Of a stretch of DNA of 55,101 nucleotides, positions 12,223-25,080 are shown piece after piece. The notes below the pieces were generated by a model. That model saw only the letters and a list, made by a program, of their open reading frames with translations, had not been told where the DNA came from and searched no databases. Position 1 is the stretch's first letter, and the number at the start of each line of letters is the position of its first letter. Source of the DNA: Octopus bimaculoides (taxonomy: Eukaryota); the NCBI RefSeq assembly GCF_001194135.2, contig NC_068986.1:48260355-48315455 (forward strand), read 5' to 3'. A program made the translations under genes and the position numbers.

Positions 12223-13031
12223 CCGCTAAGAATTTTGCCTGGCGTGCTACCGATTCTTATTTCNNNNNNNNNNNNNNNNNNNNNNNNNNNNNNNNNNNNN
12301 NNNNNNNNNNNNNNNNNNNNNNNNNNNNNNNNNNNNNNNNNNNNNNNNNNNNNNNNNNNNNNNNNNNNNNNNNNNNNNNNNNNNNNNNNNNNNNNNNNNN
12401 NNNNNNNNNNNNNNNNNNNNNNNNNNNNNNNNNNNNNNNNNNNNNNNNNNNNNNNNNNNNNNNNNNNNNNNNNNNNNNNNNNNNNNNNNNNNNNNNNNNN
12501 NNNNNNNNNNNNNNNNNNNNNNNNNNNNNNNNNNNNNNNNNNNNNNNNNNNNNNNNNNNNNNNNNNNNNNNNNNNNNNNNNNNNNNNNNNNNNNNNNNNN
12601 NNNNNNNNNNNNNNNNNNNNNNCAAACAAGGACAGACAAAGGGTTACATCGACTCCAGTGTGTAACTGGTACTTAATTTATCGACCCTGAAAGGATGAAA
12701 GGCAAAGTCGACCTCGGCGGAATTTGAACTCAGAACGTAACGGCAGACGAAATACCGCTAAGCATTCCGCCCACCCTGCTAACGTTTCTGCCAGCTCGCC
12801 GCCTTAAAATTTAATTCTTTATTGCCCACTGGGGGATAAACATAGAGGGGACAAACAAAGGGTTTAAGTCGATTACACCGACCTCAGTGCGTAACAGGTA
12901 CTTATTTAATCGACCCCGAAAGGATGAAAGGCAAAGTCGACCTCGGCGGAGTTAGAAATCAGAACGTAACGGCAGAAATACCGCTAAGCATTTCGCCCGG
13001 CGTGCTACCGGTTCTGCCAACTCGCTGCCTT
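12223..13031 (-). mobile_element. Tandem array of family C SINEs spanning gap 12264-12622
   Basis: Copies at 12623-12805 and 12811-13031, plus a fragment at 12223-12263 ending in the junction gtgctaccgattc|ttatttc. Confidence 0.9.
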
Positions 13032-13196
13032 TGAGTTGCTAGAAATGGTGCACAAACCTCCATTGAATCATACTCTCTGGTCTAAAAAGTGTCGAAGGCA
13101 CAGTGCAAAATTAGCAATACGCCTTCGTCCATAAGACCGATTAATCAAGATTGGAATGTTTGAACAACAAAAACAACGACTGCAAAATACCTATAT

Positions 13197-13590
13197 TCTT
13201 TTACTCTTTTACTTGTTTCAGTCATTTGACTGTTGCCATGCTGGAGCACCGCCTTGAAGGGTCTTAGCCGAGCAAATCAACCCCAGGACTTAAGCCTAGT
13301 ATTTATGTTATCGGTGTCTTTTGCTGAACCACTACGTTACGGGAACGTAAGCACACCAACACCTATTATCAAAAGAAGATGGGGAGGGGAACAAGCACAA
13401 AACACACCCCCACACACACATATATACATATATATATATATTGGGCTTCTTTCAGTTTCCATCTACCAAATCCGCTCACAAGCCTTTGGTCGGCTCGAGG
13501 CTATATTAGAAGACACTTGCGTAAGGTGTCACGCAGTGGGAATGAACCCGGAACCTTGTGGTTGGGAAGCAAGCTCCTTACACAGCCACG
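13197..13590 (-). mobile_element. SINE family B, full length, with internal (CA)/(TA) tract
   Basis: cttttactcttttacttgtttcagtcatttgactg tail; gggcttctttcagtttccatctaccaaatcc core; head ending cacagccacg. Confidence 0.9.
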
Positions 13591-14255
13591 GTTTCTTCTT
13601 TTTTTTTTTGCATTTTGAGTTCTAGTTCAAATCCTGCTGAAGTGAACTCTGACTTTTATCCTTCCACGGTCAATAAAATAAAGTTCCGGCCCATGACATT
13701 AGATTGATGAAATTGTTAAAGCTTTGGACAAAATACCTTGGATATTCATTGGATTCTAGTACTTAATCGATAATCTGGTTTAACACCNNNNNNNNNNNNN
13801 NNNNNNNNNNNNNNNNNNNNNNNNNNNNNNNNNNNNNNNNNNNNNNNNNNNNNNNNNNNNNNNNNNNNNNNNNNNNNNNNNNNNNNNNNNNNNNNNNNNN
13901 NNNNNNNNNNNNNNNNNNNNNNNNNNNNNNNNNNNNNNNNNNNNNNNNNNNNNNNNNNNNNNNNNNNNNNNNNNNNNNNNNNNNNNNNNNNNNNNNNNNN
14001 NNNNNNNNNNNNNNNNNNNNNNNNNNNNNNNNNNNNNNNNNNNNNNNNNNNNNNNNNNNNNNNNNNNNNNNNNNNNNNNNNNNNNNNNNNNNNNNNNNNN
14101 NNNNNNNNNNNNNNNNNNNNNNNNNNNNNNNNNNNNNNNNNNNNNNNNNNNNNNNNNNNNNNNNNNNNNNNNNNNNNNNNNNNNNNNTATATATATATAT
14201 ATATATATATTGTGTATATATATATATCGATAGATAGATAGAGAGATAGAGAGAT

Positions 14256-14316
<61 letters not shown>

Positions 14317-14632
14317 TGTTTCTTTTATATTTCCTCCATTTTATTGGCTTTCGTCACTGGACGGCTGGCATATTGAACACTTCTTTGCAGAGATCATACC
14401 GATTGCGCAAATAAATACATACATACATATATACATACACGAACACATAGATAAATGTATGTGTATATGTACAAGCACACACACACACACACACATACAT
14501 ACATACATACTTACATACATACACACATACATACACAAATACAGACATGTAGACACTTATGAAGGGAGGGAGACAAAGTGACAAGCAGAGAAAGAGAGAA
14601 AGGGAGAGAGAGAACGAGAGAGAGAGAGAGAG

Positions 14633-14671
<39 letters not shown>

Positions 14672-15104
14672 CATAAACTTATTCACAATACTCACTTCGT
14701 TTCTTTTTCCTTGTTACGCTCTCTCCATCCTCTTTCTCTCTTTGTCACTCTCTGTCTGTCTGTCAGTCTCTTGTTTCACCTTTCTGTTTGGCCTCAAATC
14801 TCAATCGTTTTCTGCATACAACCCCACCTCACTCTCTCTTTTTTCGTTTCTCGTTCACCTCAATGACTACCATGTCGCAGAGACTGAGGCAACGGTGATT
14901 ACAGGAAAGGAGGCCTAGGGTGGAGAGTTCAGTTCTGTTATAGCCGACGGCTATGTAAAAACTGCATCAAGCCCGGTGGGCAAAATCTGTCGGGTAAGCT
15001 GGAGTTGGTAGTGAGGTGCTTATTAACACAGGACGACATCTATTCACTTTGACGAACCCCGTTAACCGTGAATTTCCATGTCAGGTCCGTGAGGACGTGC
15101 TGCG

Positions 15105-16060
15105 CTATAGGGGTTGGGTAGAGTATATACGATGGGACCCAAATGGAAAGGCGGTGGAGAGCGGTGGAGAGGAGCTGTGGTTGTTGTTGGTGAGAATTGT
15201 ACTATTATTGGGGGAGTAGTTCTGGTAACAGTAGTGGGAGTGGTGATGGTGGTGATGACCGTAAGATTGGTCGGAGTTCTCGCTGTGACAGCAGTGGTGG
15301 TGGTGGTGGTGGTGATTGTAGTGGTCGAGGGGATGGCGTGTGGTGGTGGCGATTGTGATGGTAGTCGTGGTGGTGGTGATTGTAGTGGTGATGGCGGTGG
15401 TGATAGTGGTGGCAGTGGTAGCAGCGGCGGCGGCGACGNNNNNNNNNNNNNNNNNNNNNNNNNNNNNNNNNNNNNNNNNNNNNNNNNNNNNNNNNNNNNN
15501 NNNNNNNNNNNNNNNNNNNNNNNNNNNNNNNNNNNNNNNNNNNNNNNNNNNNNNNNNNNNNNNNNNNNNNNNNNNNNNNNNNNNNNNNNNNNNNNNNNNN
15601 NNNNNNNNNNNNNNNNNNNNNNNNNNNNNNNNNNNNNNNNNNNNNNNNNNNNNNNNNNNNNNNNNNNNNNNNNNNNNNNNNNNNNNNNNNNNNNNNNNNN
15701 NNNNNNNNNNNNNNNNNNNNNNNNNNNNNNNNNNNNNNNNNNNNNNNNNNNNNNNNNNNNNNNNNNNNNNNNNNNNNNNNNNNNNNNNNNNNNNNNNNNN
15801 NNNNNNNNNNNNNNNNNNNNNNNNNNNNNNNNNNNNNNNNNNNNNNNNNNCTATAGGGGTTGGGTAGAGTATATACGATGGGACCCAAATGGAAAGGCGG
15901 TGGAGAGCGGTGGAGAGGAGCTGTGGTTGTTGTTGGTGAGAATTGTACTATTATTGGGGGAGTAGTTCTGGTAACAGTAGTGGGAGTGGTGATGGTGGTG
16001 ATGACCGTAAGATTGGTCGGAGTTCTCGCTGTGACAGCAGTGGTGGTGGTGGTGGTGGTG
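15105..16060. other. About 210-bp identical duplication flanking gap 15439-15850 (15105-15314 equals 15851-16060); probable assembly artefact
   Basis: Sequence reads identical on both sides of the N-run. Confidence 0.75.
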
Positions 16061-16689
16061 GCGGCGGTAGTCGGTGTTATTGTTGCTGTTCTTGTTCTTG
16101 TAGTGGTGTTGCCAAGGTTTGGATGCAGTGGTTGTAATAAGATGGCGGAGTATATCGTATTTGGTGGTGAAAATTGATTGTAGGGGGCGTTTCAGCGTTG
16201 TTGTACATGTAGCTATAGTGATGATGGTAGGGGTAGAGATGTTACTAGAGGTGGAGGGGGAGAAACGGAGGTGGTAGTGGTGATGGTGGTGGTGGTGGTG
16301 GTGATGGTGGTGTTAGTGACATGCAAGTCGTGGTGGTGGTATTGTCGGTGATGGTAGTATTGGTGGTGGTGGTGGTGTTAGTAGTGGAGCTGGTGGTGAT
16401 GGAGGTGTTAGTGGTGGTGGTAGTGGTGGTGTTTGTGGCGGTGGTAGTGTTGGTGTTAGTGGAGGTGGTTGTGTTAGAGATGGTTTTAGTGGCGATGTTT
16501 TTGTTGGTGTTAGTGGTGGTCATGGTGGGATATAATGGCATTGGTAGTGGTGGCGGTGTTAGTGAAAGTAATGAAGGTGACTGTGAGGGTGGCTGTGGTG
16601 ATGGTGGAGGTGTATTGCATTAGCTATTGTAAGAGTTGCTGTAGAGTTTATGTTTGCTGAGGTGAAGGTGGACGTAGGATGAGATATTA

Positions 16690-17710
16690 ATATTGATTTC
16701 AAATTTTGGTACAAGGCCAACAATTTTGGTGGTGGAGTAGGTGGATTGCATCGACCCCAGTGCTCAACTGGTACCTATTTTATCAACCCCGAAAGGATAA
16801 CAGGCAAAGTCGACCTCGGTGGAACTTGAACTCAGAACGTAAAGACGGACGAAATGCCGCTAAGCATTTAGCTCGGCGTGCTAACGTTTCTTATTTCTTT
16901 ATTCCCCACAAGAGGCTTAACATAGAGGGAATAAACAAGGACAGATAAAGGAATTAAGTCGATTACATCGACCCCAGTGCGTAACTGGTTCTTAATTTAT
17001 CGACTCCGAAGGGATGAAATGCAAAGTCGACCTCGGCGGAATTTGAACTCAGAACGTAGTGACAGACGAAATACCGCTAAGCATTTTANNNNNNNNNNNN
17101 NNNNNNNNNNNNNNNNNNNNNNNNNNNNNNNNNNNNNNNNNNNNNNNNNNNNNNNNNNNNNNNNNNNNNNNNNNNNNNNNNNNNNNNNNNNNNNNNNNNN
17201 NNNNNNNNNNNNNNNNNNNNNNNNNNNNNNNNNNNNNNNNNNTTATTTCTTTATTCCCCACAAGAGGCTTAACATAGAGGGAATAAACAAGGACAGATAA
17301 AGGAATTAAGTCGATTACATCGACCCCAGTGCGTAACTGGTTCTTAATTTATCGACTCCGAAGGGATGAAATGCAAAGTCGACCTCGGCGGAATTTGAAC
17401 TCAGAACGTAGTGACAGACGAAATACCGCTAAGCATTTTACCCGTCGTGCTAACGAATATGTCAGCGCACCCTCTTAAGGACGAGGTATTAAAATCGATT
17501 TCAAAACCACAAAACCAGCAGCTCTAAGAGAGGAGTAAGTCGATTACATCGACTCCAATGCTCTACTAGCATTCATTTTATCGACCCCAAAACGATAAAA
17601 GACGAAGTCGACCCCAGTGGAATTTGAACTCAGAACGTCAAGACGGACAAAATGCCGCTGAGCATTTTGCCTGTCCTGCTAACGATTATCTCAGCATACC
17701 CTCTTAAGGA
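16690..17710 (-). mobile_element. Array of four family C copies; the two either side of gap 17088-17242 read identical
   Basis: Units at about 16690-16890, 16891-17087, 17243-17477 and 17492-17700; direct repeat ccctcttaaggacgaggtatta at about 17469 and 17699. Confidence 0.9.
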
Positions 17711-19575
17711 CGAGGTATTAATATTAGTACCAGCTTTATTTATGGTGGCTGTTGGATTGGTAGCGGTGATAGACTTATTAGCGGTGACGGTGGTGATGGT
17801 TCGGCGTTGAATGATCGAGGTTGCGTTACTGGAGGCGGAGGCGGAGGCAGATGTAGAAGGGATATCAGTTATATAGAGAGGTGATGGTAATATTAATGGT
17901 TATGGTGGTGGTGGTGGTGAATGGTGGTGGTGGATGGTGGTGGTGGTGGTAGTGATGTGGTTGTTGTTGCTGTTGTTGTTGGTGGTAGAAATAGTTACAG
18001 TACGACGGTCGCAGTGGTGAGGAGTGCTAGTTATACGATAAGTGAGGAAGTGAGTGGTTTGGCTGGCTGGCTGGTTGGCTGGTTGGTGTTGGTATGGTAA
18101 TGATGAGCGTTGGTCGAGGCGTGGGTCAGAATCCGCGGCCCGGGGAGAGGGAGAGAAAGGGCGGATGCCGAAAGGGGGCATTAAACAAGGATCTTGGGTT
18201 AATGATTACGATGAAACATCAAGACCTTTTGCTCAAAGCGTTACCGCCACTACCATCCTATCTTCATAACGCATATGTCACCACCACCACCACCACCACT
18301 ACCACAACCACCACAACCACTCCTGCTAGTACCAGCACCTCCACTTCTACCTTCAGAACGACGACGACGTCACCGACGATCACTTCTATCCTCAGTACTA
18401 CCACCGCCACCATTGCCACCACCGCCACCATTGCCACCACCACCACCGCTACCATTGCCACCACCGCCACCATTGCNNNNNNNNNNNNNNNNNNNNNNNN
18501 NNNNNNNNNNNNNNNNNNNNNNNNNNNNNNNNNNNNNNNNNNNNNNNNNNNNNNNNNNNNNNNNNNNNNNNNNNNNNNNNNNNNNNNNNNNNNNNNNNNN
18601 NNNNNNNNNNNNNNNNNNNNNNNNNNNNNNNNNNNNNNNNNNNNNNNNNNNNNNNNNNNNNNNNNNNNNNNNNNNNNNNNNNNNNNNNNNNNNNNNNNNN
18701 NNNNNNNNNNNNNNNNNNNNNNNNNNNAACGTCAACGACGACGATAGAAACGCCTATAGCGTCGACGACAACAACCACGACTGTGGTTACTACCATAACC
18801 ACACCACCACCACCACCACCACCACCACTACCACCACCACTACCACCACCAAAACAAAAAAGAAATGAAAACAGCAATGACAACGACCACGACCACCATC
18901 GCTGCTGCCTTGCTACCGCCATCACAAACCACTCACTGCCAAAACAAAGACGATGACGATGACAACAACAACGACAACCACTACCACCACCACCACCACC
19001 ACCACCACCACCACTACTACCATCACTGTTGTCGCTATAATCGCCTCTGTTACTTCCGTCATCGCGCTCATCATCACCACTGCCACCAGTTGAACTGACA
19101 GTAGTTGTTCCAGTTATTTTCCCAAAGAAAACAGTCGTATCCAGCCGCAACACTGTCGTCATTGAAACTATGACCATCATGGTAATGACCTCCCTCAAAC
19201 GCCACCATCTATCGCTTCTTCACCAACATCATTATCATTACAATTACCACCCTTGTGGGTAGTGTATGTGGTACTAGTTGTGACGCTGCTCGTGGCAGTA
19301 TTAGTGACTGCGTTTGTAAAGTCTGTGATAAATAGAAACATTATTATTTTTTAATTTCTCAAAGAGAGATATTCAATAGCAGTACTTTAGAGCAAAGACT
19401 ATTTGCCAACATAATGTGGCTGTCCTGGATAGGGTGAATGTTACTGTTGTTTAGCCTCAGGAAACGTCGTTTTCAGCTGGCTATAAGACACAATATCTGT
19501 ATCCTTATGAAGGTGTGCTTGTGATGATTGGCATTCTACTGGTGATGATTATGATGATGATTATAATGATGATTA

Positions 19576-19670
19576 GGCGCGTGGCTCAGTGGTTAGGGTA
19601 TTCGGCTCACGATCGTAAAAAGTTGTGAGTTCGATTCCCGGCGGCGAGGAGTGTCCTTGAGCAAGAAACT
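19576..19670 (+). mobile_element. tRNA-derived head of SINE family D
   Basis: ggcgcgtggctcagtggttagggtattcggctcacgatcg...gagttcgattccc (A and B boxes), then gtgtccttgagcaag. Confidence 0.85.
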
Positions 19671-19713
19671 CTAATTGAAGTTGATACTTTTCACTCCGCT
19701 AGCAAATGATGAT

Positions 19714-19745
<32 letters not shown>

Positions 19746-19862
19746 CGACGATGATGATGATGATGGGGATAGTAGTGGTGACGGTTGGTGGTGGTGGTGG
19801 TCGTGATGAAGTGAATTCAACAACGACGTGGATGATGATAATACCAACCATGTCCTCTAGAT

Positions 19863-20124
19863 CAGGGGTTTTCAAAATGTGGTCCGCGGACCAAAGGGGT
19901 TTCCGTGGTCAGCAAATGCTTTTTATGGGCAATTTGATTTTATATATGTTTTTAATCAAAATCTTTTAATTGACAATAAACCTATTTGTTAAATACTGTT
20001 AAATAAATAAATGTAAAAATATGTTATTTTAAGCAAATATTTATGTATAAATTTCATAAGCGTTTATAAGGGTAAAGCCTGAAATATAAAGGGGTCCGCA
20101 AGTCAAAAAGTTTGAAAACCCCTG
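19863..20124. mobile_element. Non-autonomous hAT (Charlie-type) MITE, 262 bp
   Basis: Perfect 14-bp TIRs caggggttttcaaa / tttgaaaacccctg; exact 8-bp TSD ctctagat (19855-19862 and 20125-20132) fitting the known NTCTAGAN Charlie target. Confidence 0.93.
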
Positions 20125-21061
20125 CTCTAGATGATAATGATGATGGTAATACTGATGATGATGATGATGATGATGATGACGNNNNNNNNNNNNNNNNNNN
20201 NNNNNNNNNNNNNNNNNNNNNNNNNNNNNNNNNNNNNNNNNNNNNNNNNNNNNNNNNNNNNNNNNNNNNNNNNNNNNNNNNNNNNNNNNNNNNNNNNNNN
20301 NNNNNNNNNNNNNNNNNNNNNNNNNNNNNNNNNNNNNNNNNNNNNNNNNNNNNNNNNNNNNNNNNNNNNNNNNNNNNNNNNNNNNNNNNNNNNNNNNNNN
20401 NNNNNNNNNNNNNNNNNNNNNNNNNNNNNNNNNNNNNNNNNNNNNNNNNNNNNNNNNNNNNNNNNNNNNNNNNNNNNNNNNNNNNNNNNNNNNNNNNNNN
20501 NNNNNNNNNNNNNNNNNNNNNNNNNNNNNNNNNNNNNNNNNNNNNNNNNNNNNNNNNNNNNNNNNNNNNNNNNNNNNNNNNNNNNNNNNNNNNNNNNNNN
20601 NNNNNNNNNNNNNNNNNNNNNNNNNNNNNNNNNNNNNNNNNNNNNNNNNNNNNNNNNNNNNNNNNNNNNNNNNNNNNNNNNNNNNNNNNNNNNNNNNNNN
20701 NNNNNNNNNNNNNNNNNNNNNNNNNNNNNNNNNNNNNNNNNNNNNNNNNNNNNNNNNNNNNNNNNNNNNNNNNNNNNNNNNNNNNNNNNNNNNNNNNNNN
20801 NNNNNNNNNNNNNNNNNNNNNNNNNNNNNNNNNNNNNNNNNNNNNNNNNNNNNNNNNNNNNNNNNNNNNNNNNNNNNNNNNNNNNNNNNNNNNNNNTGTT
20901 GGTGGTGGTGGTGATTGTTGTTGTGGTGGTGATAGTGGCGGTGACGGTAGTGGTGGTAATGATGATGGTGGTGATTGTAATAGTAGTGGTGGTGGTGGTG
21001 GTGGTGGTGGTGGTGATTGTGTTGTTGTTGTTGGTGGTGGTGGTTGTAGTGGTGGTGATTG

Positions 21062-21095
<34 letters not shown>

Positions 21096-21414
21096 GGTTG
21101 TAGTGGTGGTGATTGTGGTGGTTGTGGTGGTGATGGTTATGATGAAGACGATCACCACGACGACGACGGTGATGATGACAATGACGATGCCTTAGAAGGA
21201 GTAGACGAAGAGGAGGTTCGAAATACGTGGCGAAAATGGTGGAAGTGGTGGAGCAAGAGACGTAGGTGGAGTAGGGGTTGGGGAGATTGTTGCTGATGTG
21301 ATTGTTAATAGCAACTGACAGGTCGAGACTGAAACGAGACGCCTATTAATAACATCTACAACAACAACGACAACGACAATAACAACAATAACAGCAATTG
21401 GTTTTATGAGAGGA

Positions 21415-21604
21415 AGAAAACCAGACATTTTGTCAGAGGAGGTTTGTCAATTAAATCTACCCCAGTAATTGACTGGTATATAATTTTATCGACCCCCTAA
21501 AAGATGCAAAAACATTGACGATTTCTGCGGGGGGTTTTGAACTCAGAAACGACACTACAAGGCATTTTGTTCGAAACTGTATCGTTTCTGCCATTGCAGC
21601 CTTC
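21415..21604 (-). mobile_element. Old diverged family C copy
   Basis: ctggtatataattttatcgacccc...ttttgaactcagaa...cgtttctgcc. Confidence 0.65.
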
Positions 21605-21834
21605 TAACAACAAGAAAGACAATAATAACAAGAACAAAAACAACAACAGCAATAACGATGCTATAGTAACGACGACACCTATGATAATATTAACGGAAAC
21701 AACAACATTCAGAAGGAAAATGGACAACGCCAACCGCAACGTTAACGGCGACAAAAATACGAACAACATCTCGAAGCAAATGAAGAGCAATGTTCGTCTC
21801 TTGCTAAGAGATGGCACTTGGATAATGTAATGCT

Positions 21835-22195
21835 AGGAGTGGCTGTGTGGTAAGTAGCTTGCTTACCAACCACATGGTTCTGAGTTTAGTCCCACTGTGT
21901 GGCACCTTGGGCAAGTATTTTCTGCTATAGCCTCGGGCCGACCAAAGCCTTGTGAGTGGATTTGGTAGTCGGAAACTGAAAGAAGCCTGTCGTGTGTGTG
22001 TGTGTGTGTGTGTTGTGTGTGTGTGGTGTGTTTGTGTAGCTCTGTTTTTCTCCCAACCATCACTTGACAACCGATATTGGTGAGACCGATAGAATAAGTA
22101 CTAGGCTTACAAAGAATAAGTCATGGGTCGATTTGTTCGACTAAAGGCGGTGCTCCAGCATGGCTGCAGTCAAATGACTGAAACAAATAAACGAA
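21835..22195 (+). mobile_element. SINE family B with internal (TG)n and a deletion in the 3' half
   Basis: aggagtggctgtgtggtaagtagcttgcttaccaaccacatgg...gcatggctgcagtcaaatgactgaaac. Confidence 0.92.
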
Positions 22196-22197
22196 TA

Positions 22198-22643
22198 ATG
22201 CTCTCAAATTTTGGCACAAGGCCAGCAAATTCGGGGGTAAGGGGTTAGTCGATTACGTCGATCCTAGTGTTCAACTGGTACTTACTTTATTGACCCCGAA
22301 AGAATGAAAAGCAAGGCTGACCTCGGCGGAACTCGAACTCAGAACGTAGCGACGGGCGAAATACTTCTAAGCATTTTGCCTGTCGTGCTAACGATTGTGG
22401 CAGCTCACCGACTTAACAACACTAATGATATTGATTTCAAATGTTGGCACAAGGCCAGCAAGATCGGAGGGGGATAAGTCAATTACATCACCCCCAGTGC
22501 TCAAGTGATACTTATTTTATCGACCCCGGAAGGATGAAAAGCAAAGTCGACCTCGTAAGAATTTGACCTCAGAACATGAAGACAGACGAAATACTGCTAA
22601 GCATTTTTCCCGGCGTGCTAACATTCTGCCATCTCGTTGCCTT
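22198..22643 (-). mobile_element. Two tandem family C copies
   Basis: Units at about 22198-22413 and 22428-22643; the second is flanked by acaacacta(gta)atgata repeats. Confidence 0.88.
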
Positions 22644-22729
22644 AGACAACACTAGTAATGATAACAACCAAACTATTGAACAGAAAACTAATTAACCACT
22701 ACATATCTGATAATGTTATACAAATTTCA

Positions 22730-23393
22730 TTAATCGAAATTGTTAAGCTTTATATATCTTTTACTTCTTTTACTCGTTGAACGGTAGCCATTCCGTTTAT
22801 AAAGCGAATCACAGATGGAAATGCAATCCAAAAGGTTCTTCTCACTGGATTCATGTGGTACCCAAACATCGTAGCGATTTGTGCGCCCAAGCTTTACCAG
22901 GTGCTCATGAACGACGGATTTTGATAGGTTGAGGCTTTCTGCCAATTCTCGGGTTGTGCAATGTGGGTTATTCTCAATTAATGACTTGATTTGTCCATCA
23001 TCTGTAGTGGATGGTTTGCCTGATCGCTCTTTATGAATAAGGCTACAATCTCCAGCTCGGAACCTTGCGAACCACTTCCGTACAGTTCTTTCGGATAAAG
23101 AAACATCACCGTAAACTGCGCATATTTCTTTGGTTGCTTGTGAGGCATTTTTCCGTTTACGAAAAAAGAAAAGCATCAAGTACCGAAAATGAACTTTCTT
23201 ATCTTCCATTTTAAAGAGTTACAGAATTAACACAGGTTATAAGAACAGAAACCTTCTTCCACGAAAAGATAGCTTAAACTGTGCTCTAAATGGAGGTGTA
23301 GTCAAATCCTATTTTATGGACTCAACCATGTTCTAAAATAAGTCAAAAGGTAAGCTACTATAAATCGACTCGAACTTTCTGGACAACCCAATA
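22730..23393 (-). mobile_element. Truncated mariner transposon (5' TIR plus N-terminal transposase)
   Basis: ORF 22730-23209: HTH region (LSERTVRKWFARFRAGD...RSGKP) and the mariner WVPHE motif, with the catalytic domain lost. TIR-like tattgggttgtccagaaagttc ends at 23393 with TA. Confidence 0.92.
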
Positions 23394-23580
23394 CATTTAC
23401 GTATGACTTGGTGTAATCCCATCCAAAAATGAAGACGAGTACCAACGTTCCCATGTAACAGGCTTGATAATCGTTAGAAGATTCCTCTTTATATTAAGCC
23501 ATTGATGGATTGGTTAACACACAAATAACGAATATTTATGTGGTGTTGAGCACTCGTTCTCACTGTTCCATATTAGCGTA

Positions 23581-24888
23581 TATTAGGATGTAATATCTAA
23601 AAGTTCCCGGACTAGTTACGTTTAATAAAATGTAACTTATTTACCTAAGTTTTAACTTCATCTCCTTCGAAACAGTCATCCTACGCAGCAATAAACCGGT
23701 CTCAGCGTTCGTGGTACTTTTGGAATCCGGCTTGGAAGTTGTTTTCCGCACGCGAGTCAAGGATGTTCTGCGATTCGCTCTAGATCACAACAACGATTCT
23801 AAAACGGCGTACCTTTGAGCTACATTTTCGTCTTGGGGAAGAGAAGGAAGTCTACAGGTGCTAAATTTGGTGAATAGGGCGGGAGAGGAAGCGATACTAC
23901 GAGTGAAGAGAGTTCGGTGTCAAGCTATATTGCTGCCGTGAAGAATTGAATTTCTTCGTGCTCCACAGACACAGTCGCTTTCATTGAATGTCCTCCATCA
24001 AACGCTTCAAAACATTGCAGAACTCTCGATTGAGGGTCTGATCCTGGGGGTCGAATTTTCAATGCACAATACCGCAGGTGTTGATAAATTAAAAACAGCA
24101 TGCTTGTAACTGAGCTGCGGCTCTGTCATGCCTTCTTTCATGCCTTCTTCGGTCGTGGAAATAAAGGGATCTTCCATTGAGACAACTGCTCCTTCGTCTC
24201 AGTGTTGTACCTGTAGACCCAACTCTTGTCACTATTGCTGATTCTCGACATGAAGGATGGTTCATCAGCGGCACCCTGACGGTGATCTTGACAGACTTCG
24301 ACGCGATGTTCTATCTGCTCAGTGGTCAGCAGGCGGGGAAACACGCTGCATGTTCAATTCCGACGTTAGGATTGCCTGCATGGACCCATACGACAGACCA
24401 ACAATATCAGCAAAGTTATTGATTGTCATCCGATGATCGTCATGCATAAGCTGATGAATTTTCTCCCCATTCCCTGGGGTGACGCTCGTGGCAGGTCTTC
24501 CAGATCGCTCATCGTCTTCAAGGGACGTTCTTCCGCTTTTGAAGCGCCCGTGCCACTCAAAACATTGCGTACAATCCATTGCCTCGCCGCCCTAAGCTTG
24601 CCGAAGAATGCTCAATGTCTCTGTAGCAGACTTTCCCAGTTTAACGTAAAATTTCACATTGTTCCAACTTTGTTCCAGCTTTCTGTACATGACAAATATC
24701 GTAGACTACAGCATGCACAAGAACGCAAAAACACAAATTTCACAACTTGCGAAGTAAGTAGAGCAATCTTACTCGCCACACTGCCTCATGAAAGTCACTG
24801 CTAGCTATCATTATGCACGTACCTGTGTGCTGCCATCTGTTGGCGTGCTATAGAACTAGTTCTGAAACATTTTGATAGCACCTCATAT
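23581..24888 (-). mobile_element. Near full-length (about 1.3 kb) decayed mariner transposon
   Basis: Imperfect TIRs (aaaagttcccggactagtt / aactagttctgaaacatttt). Peptides FEWHGRFKSGRTSLEDDERSGRP, FPRLLT, ISNSDKSWVY (first catalytic Asp region) and YSPNLAPVDF (YSPDL motif); frameshifts and stops. Confidence 0.93.
23645..24690 (-). pseudogene. Mariner (DD34D-type) transposase pseudogene
   Basis: Split across ORFs 24319-24579 and 24138-24344 and further downstream frames. Confidence 0.9.
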
Positions 24889-25048
24889 ATATNNNNNNNN
24901 NNNNNNNNNNNNNNNNNNNNNNNNNNNNNNNNNNNNNNNNNNNNNNNNNNNNNNNNNNNNNNNNNNNNNNNNNNNNNNNNNTATATAGGCATTTATGTGT
25001 GTGTGATTGTCTGTGTGTGTGTTGTGTGTGCATGTGTTTGTGTGTGAG

Positions 25049-25080
<32 letters not shown>

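Noticed and set aside
14870-15220. GC-richer non-repetitive stretch with short ORFs (for example LRYRGWVEYIRWDPNG)
   Set aside because: No recognisable domain and no consistent splice-site/frame combination on either strand.
15105-16060. Apparent recent 210-bp segmental duplication
   Set aside because: Identical copies directly flank a gap, which is typical of an unmerged contig overlap.
16891-17440. Two identical SINE units as evidence of very recent amplification
   Set aside because: They flank gap 17088-17242 and may be the same sequence assembled twice.
18094-18868. Thr-rich mucin-like and Pro-rich extensin-like ORFs
   Set aside because: Translations of (ACC)n-type repeats; every frame gives a homopolymer and no splice context supports them.
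19576-19650. SINE heads (families A, B, D, E) as functional tRNA genes
   Set aside because: They retain A/B boxes but lack complete acceptor stems and continue into shared SINE bodies.
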